Of a stretch of DNA of 64,000 nucleotides, positions 39,301 through 51,665 are shown in pieces; the first letter of the stretch is position 1, and each line of letters opens with the position of its first letter. The translations under genes were made by a program, and so were the position numbers. The notes under the pieces are model-generated. The model was not told the origin of the DNA. It saw only the letters and a list, made by a program, of their open reading frames with translations, and did no database searches. Source of the DNA: Diadema antillarum (taxonomy: Eukaryota); contig NW_027271042.1 in assembly GCF_040938485.1 (NCBI RefSeq), positions 930,001 through 994,000 of the forward strand, written 5' to 3'.

Positions 39301-42300
39301 ACCATTTGCGAGATATGGAGAAAAACATGAATTTTAACCTTTTTTTCACTAAATAACCTGTGACCTTTGACCTTTGACCCCGTGACCCTAAAATCCAAAC
39401 AAAGTATTATCCCCTAGGATATACCCTCATACCAAGTTTGATGTAAAACCACCACACGGTTCTTGAGATATCGACAAAAACAAAACGGGACGGACGTACG
39501 GACGTACGGACGTACGGACGGACGGACGTACGTACGTACGGACGGACGTACGTACGTACGGACGGACGGACAACTCGAAAACATAATGCCTCCTGCCACT
39601 TCGTTGGCGGAGGCATAAAAATAAGTTGGATAAGATAAGACACCCCTTGTCAGAATTATGAAGACTTATTGTTTCGGCTGTACGGAGCACCCTTTTTGTG
39701 TTGTTTTGAAATGACATACTGTTTTGCCCATCCTTGTGGACGCTTGACTTCCTCTTAATTACCAAACCGAACATTATCTTGCTGTACTGCTGTTTGTCTC
39801 TCTACTGTTGTTTCAACCTTTTTTGTGGAATAAATTTTGGAAATGAATTGCAAAATTATTTATATTCATATCAAAGCGTCGAAAGACTTTTATGTACTCT
39901 AAGCAACATGATTATGCCAATGATATATTTGACTTTTCAACGCAATGCAATCATAATGGACACATGTCAATACAACCTAAACTTGGGTCGGTTTGACAAC
40001 ATGATAGAAAAGATTATACTCTGCTGTGTGTGTGTATGTGTGTGTGCGTGTGTGTGGAATAAAACGTGCAAACAAACAAAATCACTCTGACTAGCGTGCA
40101 CCATCATTCTCAAATAATTTGTCTTACAAGGTGCGTGCTATGCTCTGAAGTAAGGAGGGATTTTTTATGTTAAGTTCATGCTCGGTTAATCCTTTGTATC
40201 GCTTTTTGGAGTTATGATTTATAATTAAAAGGAGAAAAAGTTTCGTCAAACTAAAGCACTTAACGTGTTAGACAAAACAGTCTCACTTTGAAAAAAAAAC
40301 AAAAACTTTTTCCATCACATCTAAACAGCTAAACAGTGAGAACAAATCCCATTCTATAACATACACATAGCAGAGAAATTTTTATTTCAGTTTACATCAC
40401 AACTATCAAAACATATGCACAAACATTTGAAACTCAAATGACGAGATTGTTTGCCAGGGTTTAAAGGATTGAAGTTGACATCAATTCAAGATCTGTGTCT
40501 AATTTGCCTTTTATGAGTCTCGCCCTCCTCGTGCCATTCGTTAGTGCGAAGACATGCCCGTCATACATCCATGTTCATTACAAGTTTGCAAAACTCCTTC
40601 GTCTTTACGACTTGATCGGTCCGTTCCGTAGCTTAAATCTTCAGAACCTATTTATCAGGTTTATGATGTTTAAAATGTAACTGATCTAAATGAAAGCACC
40701 TCTTCTCTGAAGGTTACGAGTTTGCTTTTTAATTCTACTTCAACAATCGGGAATTTATGAAGGAAAAAAAATAACACCGAGAAAATGTCAGATGAGATGA
40801 TCAGAAACTATAAGGAACAAGAAATAGCTTACAGATTTTAATTATGTCATTCTACATTTCCGCAGAACCTGGATTTCTCGGATGCTACGTAGGCGATCAT
40901 CGTACTTTTCAGGATTTGGACGTTTCCAGCTTTAACGTTCATTCTGATGAAGAGTGTGTGTCAATCTGTAGATGGAAAAGTGGAAACCATGACATTGCTA
41001 TCGTTAAGGAAAGAAATTGCACATGTTATCAATCAGAAGAGTATGCTAACTTCAGTTCTTGCGTGAACAATACTCCTTACTGGACACCTCAAACAAAGGC
41101 AAAACCAGGCCAGGAAGTCCAGTGCTTGTATAACCGTGAGTATCACAGTAGTATCACCCAGTGTCACACATGAAAGGTTAAGAAACGTTTCCTGTTCTCA
41201 ATATTTTTCTCAATATAGCGTTATGATTGATGATGTTCATGTAGAAGTACTGTTTTTCAGTATTACCCTCGCTGATTCACCACTGCTTCTGGCATACAAT
41301 ACTATATTTTTAGTTCTTCAACAAGCATTATTATCACTATCTGATGTAAAGTGAACTGTTATCATAATTGTTTTAATATTTCAATCAGTTGGAACAAGGC
41401 TAAATTACTCAACCTTGAATTCTCATACTCCACACGTTGTTAAAGAAGAAACACCTTTTATTACATTTTGGAAAGTAATTTTGTATTTTCGGTGTTTTTA
41501 AAACAAAGTAACATGTTATTTCCTTTTTTATTTCTCATAGTACACACAGTAGTATCTTCTTTAATTCTCTATGTCTATAATAAATGTGTGATCACCCAAG
41601 TCATGGGTTAAATGTTTACTTGGACGACATTATCAGAAGATCTCGCCATTAAAAAAAGTCTAAATTGTAAAGGCAGTTAAGTCAGCAATGACAGAGATAG
41701 CTCATGTACACAGTTTGAAGATGATTGCATTATGCTTTTTTCATCCCAATTGTTTTGATACTTCGTGTTTTTTTAATGTCCTTAAATCTGTTTATCTGAA
41801 TCGTGACTTTTTTTTCCTTTATCGAAAGTTTCTGTTGGATTTTGGAAGCATCTCGGTCCTGTGTGTAAAGAGTTTTTGGATCATAATATTATGAGCTTTG
41901 GATCAGACATAATCAATTGTGGTCAGAGTTTCTCCAGCATCAGCAGCGCAAACCTTCTGTGTGTGAGACTACCTGGATGGTCGACTTATTTCCCGGTTTG
42001 GAACGCGTCAGTCCCGTATTGCCGGGCAGAAGATGATGCAACAAACGGTCTGTCTTACTTAGTTAGTTAAAAATATGTCATACTTTAGCTCAAAGCAAAC
42101 ACATTTTTAAAGCTTATTAGTCAGAGTAGCGAAAGACGCAATAGCTCATCTTGATTGAGAAGACTGAACCGTATTAGCTGGCATCATGATTCTGGGATTT
42201 GACGACAGATACTCCGTACACTATCTCCATCCCAAAAGAAAAGGAGAGAAGATTAAAAAGACGAATAGAAGAAAAGAAAATTTCAACCAAAAGTCTGGAG

Positions 42301-43633
42301 AGCACAATTATGATAATAAATAGAGCTCAATAGTCTTGTTTCAAGACCTTGTTCACTAATACTCAACGTTTAGACACTGACTAAATTATTAAGTAATTCG
42401 TTCCTTCTATCATTACTATTTGATTGGATATTGATTAACATGATATTATTTCTAACACGAATTAAGTGGTAGCCAAAATACGACGGAGTTGGTTGCTAAC
42501 AGATGCAGCATAATCGAGGGGAGGGGGCACTTCAGCTCTTCCCACGCTCCCTCAAAAGAAAAAAAAAGAAGAAGAAAAACGTATGACAAAAAAAATATGC
42601 ATTGTCGGAGAAACTGTTAAATATGGTAAAAAAGGTTGAATTATAAATCTGATATACTTTTTGTGGCAAATATTAGACGGATAAAATCTTTAGCTAGAAA
42701 CACAGGACAGGAGTGTAGATATACGTCATCTTACTGTATAAGATGGTCATATAGTTTAAGAAAATAATGATAAGCGACCGTATGGTGACGTGTAGACTTG
42801 CAGAAAATAATCCGTTATCTTCAGCATAAATTGACCTTTATCCATCCAAAAGCTACATTATACTGTTGCACGAACTTCATAAAATTAATTGCCACAAAAT
42901 TGCATTTTAATCAAATTTTCATGACCCCTGATCGTGACCCATGGCTCAACTTTCACCACTGTCATTTCATGCAACTAATGTTGCATTCTGAATATTAAAT
43001 CTTCTTATTAAGTATTATTTTATGTCGATATTCCGAGCTAGAATTGTGGCTGGAAATTGCAATTAGATTAAAGAACAGTGACGGGGGGTCCTGACTTTAG
43101 ATCTCTGAGCACTATCTGTTCAATGCAAAAAAGGTCAATTAATATTGTACAATGTCCACCATCTAAATCCAATCTGGGCATACGTCTTATGTTGCTTGCC
43201 TTGACCGAGAACTATATGAACATCCACTGTTTGTCTGTTTGTTTTTACGAAATATACTTTACAAAAACTTAACAAAGGATTGCGGTCTCGTGTTTCCAGG
43301 TAACAAAGTTTGATTTCGTGACGAAGGTTCTATCTGATGTATCATTTTCTGTTTCTTTAGGCCTGGAGACAAAATTCATTGCACTAATTATTGGAGCCCC
43401 TGTCTGTTTCGCAGCCATGATGCTTGCCATTTTATCTATTGCATGGTACATCCATCAGTGGAAAAAGTGAGTGCGACGATAATCAACTTTTTTTTAGTAT
43501 CTTCGTGTGTGTGTGTTTCCATATAGGTACCATGTGAATTACGTTTTGCAAGTATTGATTTTAACCGAAAGGACGTACACACAATTTCAGATAAATGTTT
43601 ATCTATTACTGCCCCGAACTCTGCTCTGTATAG

Positions 43634-43671
<38 letters not shown>

Positions 43672-45255
43672 CAGTTGTTATATATACACACACGCAAAAA
43701 AAACCTACAAAATATAGGAAGAAACGAAGGGCAATGGAATTTAAACAATCTTTCAACATTTGTAAGTAAAAAATAAAAAGAAATCAGTTTCATCTGTTTG
43801 AGCGATTTTGTATAAGGGAATTTCGCTATAGAATTTTAAGAAAAAGTTAATCATATCCAATAGTCGTTCTCACATGTATCGGTATTGAGATGTATTACGA
43901 CGTATTCCCCTGACATTTTATCTTTCCTTCTTTTTGATCAACAGGAAACGTAGACGTCAGGAAGATTCAAATAAATCAGATACCCACTCATTGCGCTCTA
44001 TCAATACCGATGCTCGCAAGGTGCATTGCTCTTTGCCGGAACGTCCACTCAACAAAACAGGCGACGTCACAGTTAATCAGCAGAGCGAGGATCACGTCTA
44101 CCAGAGCTCTGTAGAGGTGATCTCCGTTGATTATAATTATCGTTACGATAGTTGGTCGTTACTCTACGACCGAATTCTATGAAGTATTTAACTCTTTGTT
44201 TTATACCGCAAAATATTACTGACTTTAAGAATACACATTTCTCTTGTAGAACTTTCATGTAAAAAATTTTTCCTCTTAAGTTCCCTAATAACTTAACTCA
44301 TAAAGACGCCTATAATGGAGGGGTTTTGAAACATTCTAAAAAATAAAGACATTTTCAAACATCGTTTTATTTCAAATATAAAGTACATGAAATTGGTATG
44401 AATTAGAGCTGTACTAAAATTTGTTTGATAAAGAGTTTTAAAAGAGTAAGCCTCGTGATGTCATATTTTTCTTTACTGGATCTGGACAACACTCTTTATA
44501 GCAGCAAACATGTTGTATACACATTGTTCAGACACATTGTGTACCTATAGAATAAAAGTGAAAAGTCAATATCGGCAACCTGCATTAACATGCTTTCCTC
44601 TACTCATCGATTGCATTTGGCACAGGATCATAGTCATAAATCGGAATTGATCAACGATCCAAAAAACTCGATTTCCCGGTCTCTCCAAGACTTCATACAC
44701 CGAGATAGTACTGAAGACATCACGGAAGACATCGTGCAGTGTCAAGACACCACAGCCGATGCCAAGAAAGGGCAATACATGAACGTGACAGAAAATGTGA
44801 AGAAAAAGAAGGGAGAAGTCAACTTTGTTGAATGTATGGACTCGTCTTCAGCTGAAAACTACGTTGATGAAAACGGTTATTTGATTTCCAACGTAGATCC
44901 ACGTAGAGCTACGAATAGCGAACTTCCAGAAAATTTTGAAAATGAAAAGAATGAGGACAACTTTGACAGTGTCCAATCACTCGGTGAAGCAAAGGGCAGA
45001 GGTTTAATCATCCATTCCAGACCAGCAGATAACGCTGGTAGATGTGGGGTTACATACGAAGAGATTCCATCAACTTTGGACCAATCCGCACCCATCAGAG
45101 AACCGGCACGTCACCATGAGTACTCGACTATCGAGAGAAATGATTCTCATGCGAAGGGCATGAATAATGCTCTGTATTCTGTTTCAATATCCTTAAGCAA
45201 AGAAAGAGAAGAGGACGAGTTGGACGAAAATGGGTATCTCCTTCTTGAAACATGA
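35243..45255 (+). CDS. Receptor paralogue C, complete: SP-CUB-SRCR-WSC-Sushi-TM-Tyr-motif tail, 700 aa
   Basis: Exons 35243-35327, 35659-35967, 37591-37806, 38086-38181, 40866-41135, 41829-42047, 43361-43466, 43945-44116, 44626-45255. Sum 2103 nt = 700 codons + stop; all introns GT-AG; no internal stops. An alternative ex1 donor 12 nt upstream has the same phase. Confidence 0.88.
35659..35967 (+). CDS. Exon 2 of copy C: degenerate CUB-like domain
   Basis: SIWVIKAPPGRRFLIEV matches the CUB CxWxIxAPxGxxIxLxF segment. VTVLSLTHEIKVRVHG and NFKMNV match the C-terminal CUB strands. Phase 1-1. Paralogues at 10766-11074 and 52131-52439. Confidence 0.6.
37591..38181 (+). CDS. Exons 3-4 of copy C: group A-type SRCR domain (6 Cys, split over two exons)
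   Basis: VKLVGGSSPLDGLVVL...VCYDGFNLRAADSVCRELGF follows the SRCR VRLVGG...VCDDxW...A.VVCRxLGF pattern. Exon 4 CRSARFKDC...ACFSDNAVRIRC follows C.G.E..L..C...C.H..DAGVxC. Confidence 0.85.
38573..39620 (-). mobile_element. Helentron/HINE (DINE-1-like) element in C intron 4
   Basis: On the - strand: TTTTATGCCTCCGCC...GGCAGGAGGCA 5' inverted repeat, (CCGT/ACGT)n microsatellite, TGACCTT repeats, 3' GGCGGAGGCAT plus hairpin TCGCCGTAGCGA plus CTAGTT. Absent in B (empty site ~20197-20214). Confidence 0.7.
40866..41135 (+). CDS. Exon 5 of copy C: WSC-like domain
   Basis: FLGCYVGD...EECVSIC...AIVKERNCTC...C matches WSC YLGCYxD...xxCxxxC...AG...xCxC. The protein sequence in copy D (57482-57751) is identical. 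Confidence 0.7.
41829..42047 (+). CDS. Exon 6 of copy C: Sushi/CCP-like domain
   Basis: Four Cys, and FGSDIINCGQSF...ANLLC...WNASVPYC follows the CCP FGxxVxYxCxxGF...LxC...WxxxxPxC pattern. Paralogues at 669-884 and 58436-58654. Confidence 0.6.
43361..43466 (+). CDS. Exon 7 of copy C: transmembrane helix
   Basis: FIALIIGAPVCFAAMMLAILSIAWY (uncharged) followed by the basic stop-transfer run WKKKRRR across exon 8. Confidence 0.85.
43945..45255 (+). CDS. Exons 8-9 of copy C: acidic, low-complexity cytoplasmic tail with Tyr motifs and no catalytic domain
   Basis: HVYQ, QYMNV, DENGYLISN, VTYEEI, EYSTI, ALYSV, DENGYLLLET-stop; conserved across paralogues. Confidence 0.8.
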
Positions 45256-48200
45256 TTGCGCTGGTGAAATCATTAAAGGTCAGAATGTGAACTGAGACAA
45301 AGTAGAATGCTCTCCCGGCCCCCAAAAGCAGTCAAAGAACGAATCAATTTTCACAGTCCAACGTGCTCGAAAGGTCATATCAAAGGTATGAGAACATTCC
45401 CCTGTAAACCCAGAACCCTGGAGATGTTTTGATTTATTTTCACTATTCAATCTGGACTATGAGTTGACTAATGCAGGGAAGTTTATAACTCCATTGATAC
45501 ACCCAATTCTTGAAGGAAAGACCAGTTAAACTCAACCTGTGTGGTCTATGAAATTTTATAGCATTTAGGAGACACTTATCAATGATTGATGATCATTTAT
45601 AAATTCATTTCATTTACTTCCAAATTTTCATTAAGATAACGAAGAACAAAGTGCAAATAATAACTTTACAGTAAGTAAGAGTATACATGTGCAAAAAGAA
45701 AAAAAAAAACACAATGGAGAGAACGAGAAAAAAAAAGATTAAAAAAGTAAATTCAAAGACAGAAATAGAGGAGCCAGCAGAGGCCATTGGCCTTTCTACG
45801 TCTGGACTCCTACTTGAGATTTTACGTACGTTAAAAGATACACTTAAAAGGAGGGAAAGAAAAATAAAATGATAGGGAAAATATTAACAAATATTCTTAT
45901 GTCACTGAGAGAGCAAATGAATCTTATAGCAAATAATATTGCTGCGTCTTCAAAATCAAATCATCTAGGAGGAGTAGAATCTATGGTAGGTGCAATAGCG
46001 ATCAGAATTTTTAATTCCTCTTACCACAGAATCATTTCCATGGCAGATAAAAAATGGATTGAAGACAACAGTAGCAAAAATTTATTGGGAGCAGCTATAA
46101 GAGCAGTGGAAATGAATAACTAATAGGTTCATTCACATAGGAATAAATTATGAGGAATTCAAGTATAATAATAGTATGGAGAGAATCAGATATCAAATGA
46201 ACTTATCTTTAGGATAACCTGTGTCATCTGTAAAAGTATATTTATTTGGTTTTGCTTCATACTCGTTTTGTTTGTATGTTTATTGTAAACTATTGGACAC
46301 TGCATGCTTGCTCGTCAATATTGTAGAAAAACAAGCTGTTACTAAAAAAAAAAAAGAAACCATGAAGCATTACTTTACTCGAAGTTTGCCTATTGCAAAA
46401 ACTGGCACATCTGTAGTATTTAACCCAATGTATGTTTACAATTGTCATATCCACTGTAGTTTACATTTGAATAAGCTATATTAATGGTTGTAAAAATCGT
46501 AATTCTTTCATTACAACGTACTAATATTGTTCATATTCTCATTTGAATTTTTTGTTGTTGTTGAGCTCTTATAACTACATTCTGGTTATAGTCAAGAATG
46601 AGGCAATGTAAATATAGTAGGGTTCCGTTTCCACTTGCATATAGACGTAATGTAGAGAGACTACGATGTAAGATTTTTGTTATTGTAAGTAATACGAGTG
46701 TACCATTACACTCATATATGTTATCATACTCTCGCATGTACTGTACATAGTACCTTACACACACACACACACATCAAGTAAAATGTATATACTTAGTACA
46801 TTTATACGTACGATGGAAGCATACATGACACTGCATGATGGCTTCATTTGATAATATGATCATGATAATAATTGTTTTTTTTTTGTCTCTGAAATGATGA
46901 ACTATAACAGCGAATAATACTATACCACCTTAGATTAAACGAATGCTTGAACAATATCGTCATGATTAAGGAGCTTTCGTTCAACCTTGACGTGCTCGAA
47001 ACAAACAATCCTATAATTTATTGTTCCTAATCTTTTCACAAAACGAAAGTACGAGGGATATGCTATAAAAACTATGGACATTTCGTGTACATAATAAAAC
47101 CAAGCGATGATTGGCATTCTCATGTTGCTGTTGAAAATTCAGTCTATTGTTTTGTTGGAAGCTTTAGATATGTAATGGGGCTCCTAATTTAACTCTCTAA
47201 TGTACGTGCAAGAAGTGTTTAAAAGTTTCACTTTGCCAGTTTGCGGGGTCAAGCTTTTTGTATACCGCGAAATAAGCAGGGACATTTTACATTGAGAAAG
47301 AGGCAGTTAAGAACTTCCTACTTTGGTTCAAATTTGACAAATATAGTTATATCAATAATAGCAATCCTAGCTCCATCTCAGTGCCTCTGGATATCAACGC
47401 ACTCATGATATAAAAAAAAAAAACCAAAACCAAAACAAAACAAAATAAAAACCTTCAGCCGATGAACAATAAGCTTACATATAAAATTTAGGTTGAAAAA
47501 TTTGTTTAATTTGAATGTTTGCTATACAGCAAACGATCGCAATGTTGTATTATCAAAATATAAAACGTTATATGAATATAAGTTTTTGTGTACTTCTTGA
47601 AAATATCATGGTACATCCTAAATTGGGTAGATTTCAGTACCAATTTATGAAATGGCGCTTGTAGACCTACTCCATTCGGCTGGACATGCGTTTGTGCGTT
47701 TATTCACGGAGGGAGAGCACAAGGTCTCCAGACCGTTCGGATTTGGTTACAATATTTTCTGCCATTGGTCATGTTGGTTGTGTTCATCTTTGTCTGTTTT
47801 GATCCGACAATACATACAATCATTTTAACTGATAGCACGGACAGGTGACATATTCTCGCTTTACACATTACTTTTATAAGGGGATAGTACAGTATTGGTG
47901 GTGATAAGAATTGGGCTTTTAACGTTTTGCGAGATACCAAGAAAATACTTATGATGATAGTACAGAGCATACCTTTTTAAGATGAATTCAAAGTTTATTT
48001 GATGAAAATTGGGTTTGGAATGACTGAAACATCCAAACATAAAGTAAAACAAAGCGATCGTAATAAAGTGTGGGTCCCACACGTCATCAGAATCGCTCTC
48101 TTTTGTGGATATCTCAGCCATTTCAAAACCAATTTTCATTAAATAAACGTTGAATTCCTCGTAGAATTACACGCTCTTTCATGTTCTATAAGAGGTTTCT

Positions 48201-51200
48201 CATTATCTTACCAAAAATGTTAGAAACCTGAAATTAGTTCTCAAACAAAACTACACGGTCCCTTTAAACCAAAGGAAAGAAATTTCAATATTTCTTTATA
48301 TCATGAATATAGAGAGAGTTGACACCCTAAGGTATTTTCTTAACCAAAAATAAATTCATTGTTCTCGCTGACATGATTTCGATGACTCGACAAAAAAATC
48401 ATTCACGTCTTCCTTAAAAAACAATTTACAAGACTTTTACAGCCAGATTACTAAGTGCCACTTTCCGAACGTCATATCCCTCACTTGTCGTGTTATGTTT
48501 TTAAGTGCTAATGACGTTAGTACGTATGAATTTAAATCTAAGTGATGTATCTCTACCCTTTTTGTCCTTTTTTGTTTTACACCATAACAAAATTACTCTT
48601 GCAAATTTTTATTCTTGGCAATACACAAACGGTATAAAATTCGAAGTGAAAATGTATCTTTTTAATCTATACTATATTCTTTATGATGATAAAAGTCTGT
48701 CAACATAGCAAAATTGTAGACACCATGATGACTATTTCACCAATATCAAATATGAAGAACCTTCCTTATTTTCTTTTTCTGATATTTAATCTTTTACATT
48801 CTGAAATAATTCTACGACAAAAATCAAAACATTACAAAAAATAGAAAATATGATTTTAACATACAAATGGGCTTTGTCATAAAGCCAACAACGTTCTAAC
48901 GGCACTCTACCCACTGGCACCTCATGTATTGAATACACACAACCCATGCACACACAGTGTACACTTCACTTCCACCACATATTATAGTTAAATAATGTAT
49001 GGTATACTTTGGATTATAAATTCCCTCTGCGATGTAACATAATAAATCTATAACGGCCTTTCCCTGCCTTTAATATTTCCTTTTTGATAGAAATCAGATA
49101 TTGATTCACTATGAATAAAAATTACTCTTCTTTGATAAAGCCAGTCAGCAATTGAATACTGAGGTATGCCAGTGAAATAATGATAATAAAAAAATCGCAC
49201 TAACCTATATAGCAACTCATTAAATCCGGTGGATGTACAAAAGCCTGTTAAAGGGATGGTATACCATTGGTTGAGATGCATGTATCTAATTTTCCTGGTG
49301 AGATAATGAAAAACCTCTTATGAAATATGAAAGAGCACACTATAATTCCAAAAGGAGTTCAAAGTTTATTTGATGAAAATGGGTTTTGAAATATCTGAGA
49401 TAAATGCGGGGGATCACCGAAGTGATGCGGCTTTTTGAGTATGTTCCAAGCGCAAACAGAAAAACTGACCAGAATGAATATCAATAATTAGTGGAAAATT
49501 GATCAAAGAAAATGGCATTTACCCCAAGTTGAATTATCTTTATGATAGGTTCAAGAGTGTGCACGTGTGTGTCACACACAAACACACTGCTATGGCTTCT
49601 AACCATTCGAGCATTGAGAATTTAGGGTTTTGGCAACGAACACAGAACTAGGGCTTTTTATAGGTCAGTCGGTACAGGGCTGGGCTAGCAATCAGGAGGT
49701 CTTGGGTTCGAATCCCTATGGAATCCCATTTTCTTTTCTCAATTTTCTACTAATGAATAATATTCGTAATGGTCAGTTTTTCTGTTTGCGTTTATTATAT
49801 ACTCTGTAATATTTCCTAAGTAGTTCCCTTTAAAAAAAGAAGATAATATTAAACAGAGGGGGTGTAGGTTGATGTGTGAATTTTCTTTAATTTGTGTCCC
49901 TTACAATAGAAATCATTTTGTAATATCTCAATTGCTGATCTATAATTTAACAAACATGTCGAGGAAAAAAAGGAACTGCGGATCTCAAACCTGTAATCTA
50001 CTGCTTTCCGGGCAGCGACACTACCATCAGGCTATCCCTGCATGGTTGCCAGCAGTGACATGTTTGTTAAATTAATGGTCAGCAGTTGCGATCTTACAAA
50101 TTTCATCTGTAGAGGGAGACAAATTGGTTTTTAAGTGTGGCAAAAAGTTAAAAGCAGAATCCTCATTTCAAGCTATACTATTAACATTATCATCCCTATT
50201 AATAAATAGACGTGAATCAGTCCTCCACACACATTGCTCCCTTTAAACCTCTCATGGTTTGAATAGATCATAAACAGCAATTTGGATTTCATATCAAAAC
50301 TGAAACACAGTAAACAATCTATCAGTGGTGAGGATTGTCGTGAGACAAAAACGTCATGAACGTGAACAATTCAAGTTACTGTCTTCGACAAAATACTGAT
50401 CACATGCTGTTCAGTAAATCGAAAGTGACTGGAAGACTACACTATACATGGCATTGTTTCTTGAAAATTGCCCATTCTCACGAAGAGATATAAGCATGAT
50501 AATCAATTTTGTTTTAAATTCTAATAATGTCAAGGAAACAACAAGTAAGATGAAATAGAAAAGGGAATCATGAAAAACAGAAAAAACCCACCCAAATAAG
50601 CAACACAAAACCAGTAAAGAGGCAAAGGATCGAACGACATAGTCCCTGGAGTGATAGAACGTGAAGCATCATTCCGTGTTCATAACTAAGTTGATAAATG
50701 ATTACAGCGAAATTAAAGCGAACGTTCGAAGTTTCACGAAATTCGACAGTTAACAAAAATCATGAAATTGCAGTGTACAATCATGTAATTTTCAGACGAA
50801 ACGCTGATGTTGGTTGGTAATCATGTACAGATGACAACAGATGATGATGGCTTTGCAAGTCTACTGACTTACCATGCAAAATATTATCACTGTTTTATTT
50901 TCAAAGAATAAAATGAAAGGATAAGGCTGGACTGAACTGCATAATTTTCATTAAACTGTCGAGGAGTTGTAAAAATTCAGCAAAGAACTTTCAAAGAGGA
51001 TGGGCTTTAAATATTAGTAGAAAAATTTGTTGACAAAAACAGCTCTCTTCCCCTGACTTCCAAGTTATGCAGACTTACTCAACAAAAGGTAATAAATAAA
51101 AGTTATGCTCAGACTAGGGAAATGTGCAGGTCAATGTGTTTTGCCCTTCAGCGAAGGCACTTTGTCCACATTGTTGCTCTTAACCCAGGAGTATAGATGG

Positions 51201-51665
51201 GTAGGCCCTACCCGGCAGGATGAAAATGTTTATGTTGATTGATCAGCATAATATGCGCTCCCTTAAAATGGCGACTGGCTTTTGAATGCTTCCCAGGAAG
51301 TAAGAGAGTTGGACAGAAAATTAGTTTCACACAGCTACACAGTTTATGGCAGATGATACACATACCTTATGGGTTGCAAAGCATTGATGCGCACGCTATC
51401 TCGGCCGCCGTATCTCCAATGACACCAGCAATGACATTGCTTTATCACCGGTAATTGGTGAACTTGTCCACAGCGGATTGGAAGACGTCATTTTCAACTA
51501 CACTCCCACCGTATAATACTTTCACATTTTTACACCTGGAAGTGAATTGATATGAGCAAAGGTATCTCCCATCGAGATGGAGTCACTCTTTGATTATACG
51601 GGTTAAGAGGGACTAAAATAGAATCTATTCATTCGTGAATTCTGGTCATAAAACAAAGATAAAAA

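Noticed and set aside
39407-39774. ORFs rich in VRPSVRT / PSVRTY (also 56014-56380)
   Set aside because: These are translations of the (CCGT/ACGT)n microsatellite of the HINE.
41136-41354. Hydrophobic ORF after the WSC exon as an alternative TM/GPI exon (also 57752-57970)
   Set aside because: It is out of frame with exon 5 (in-frame read-through stops at 41173), has no acceptor, and the equivalent region in copy A (1-210) is not open.
35243-45255. Assigning a known symbol (Kremen, DMBT1, receptor tyrosine kinase)
   Set aside because: There is no kringle, no SRCR array or ZP domain, and no kinase motifs; the domain order differs, so no symbol is given.
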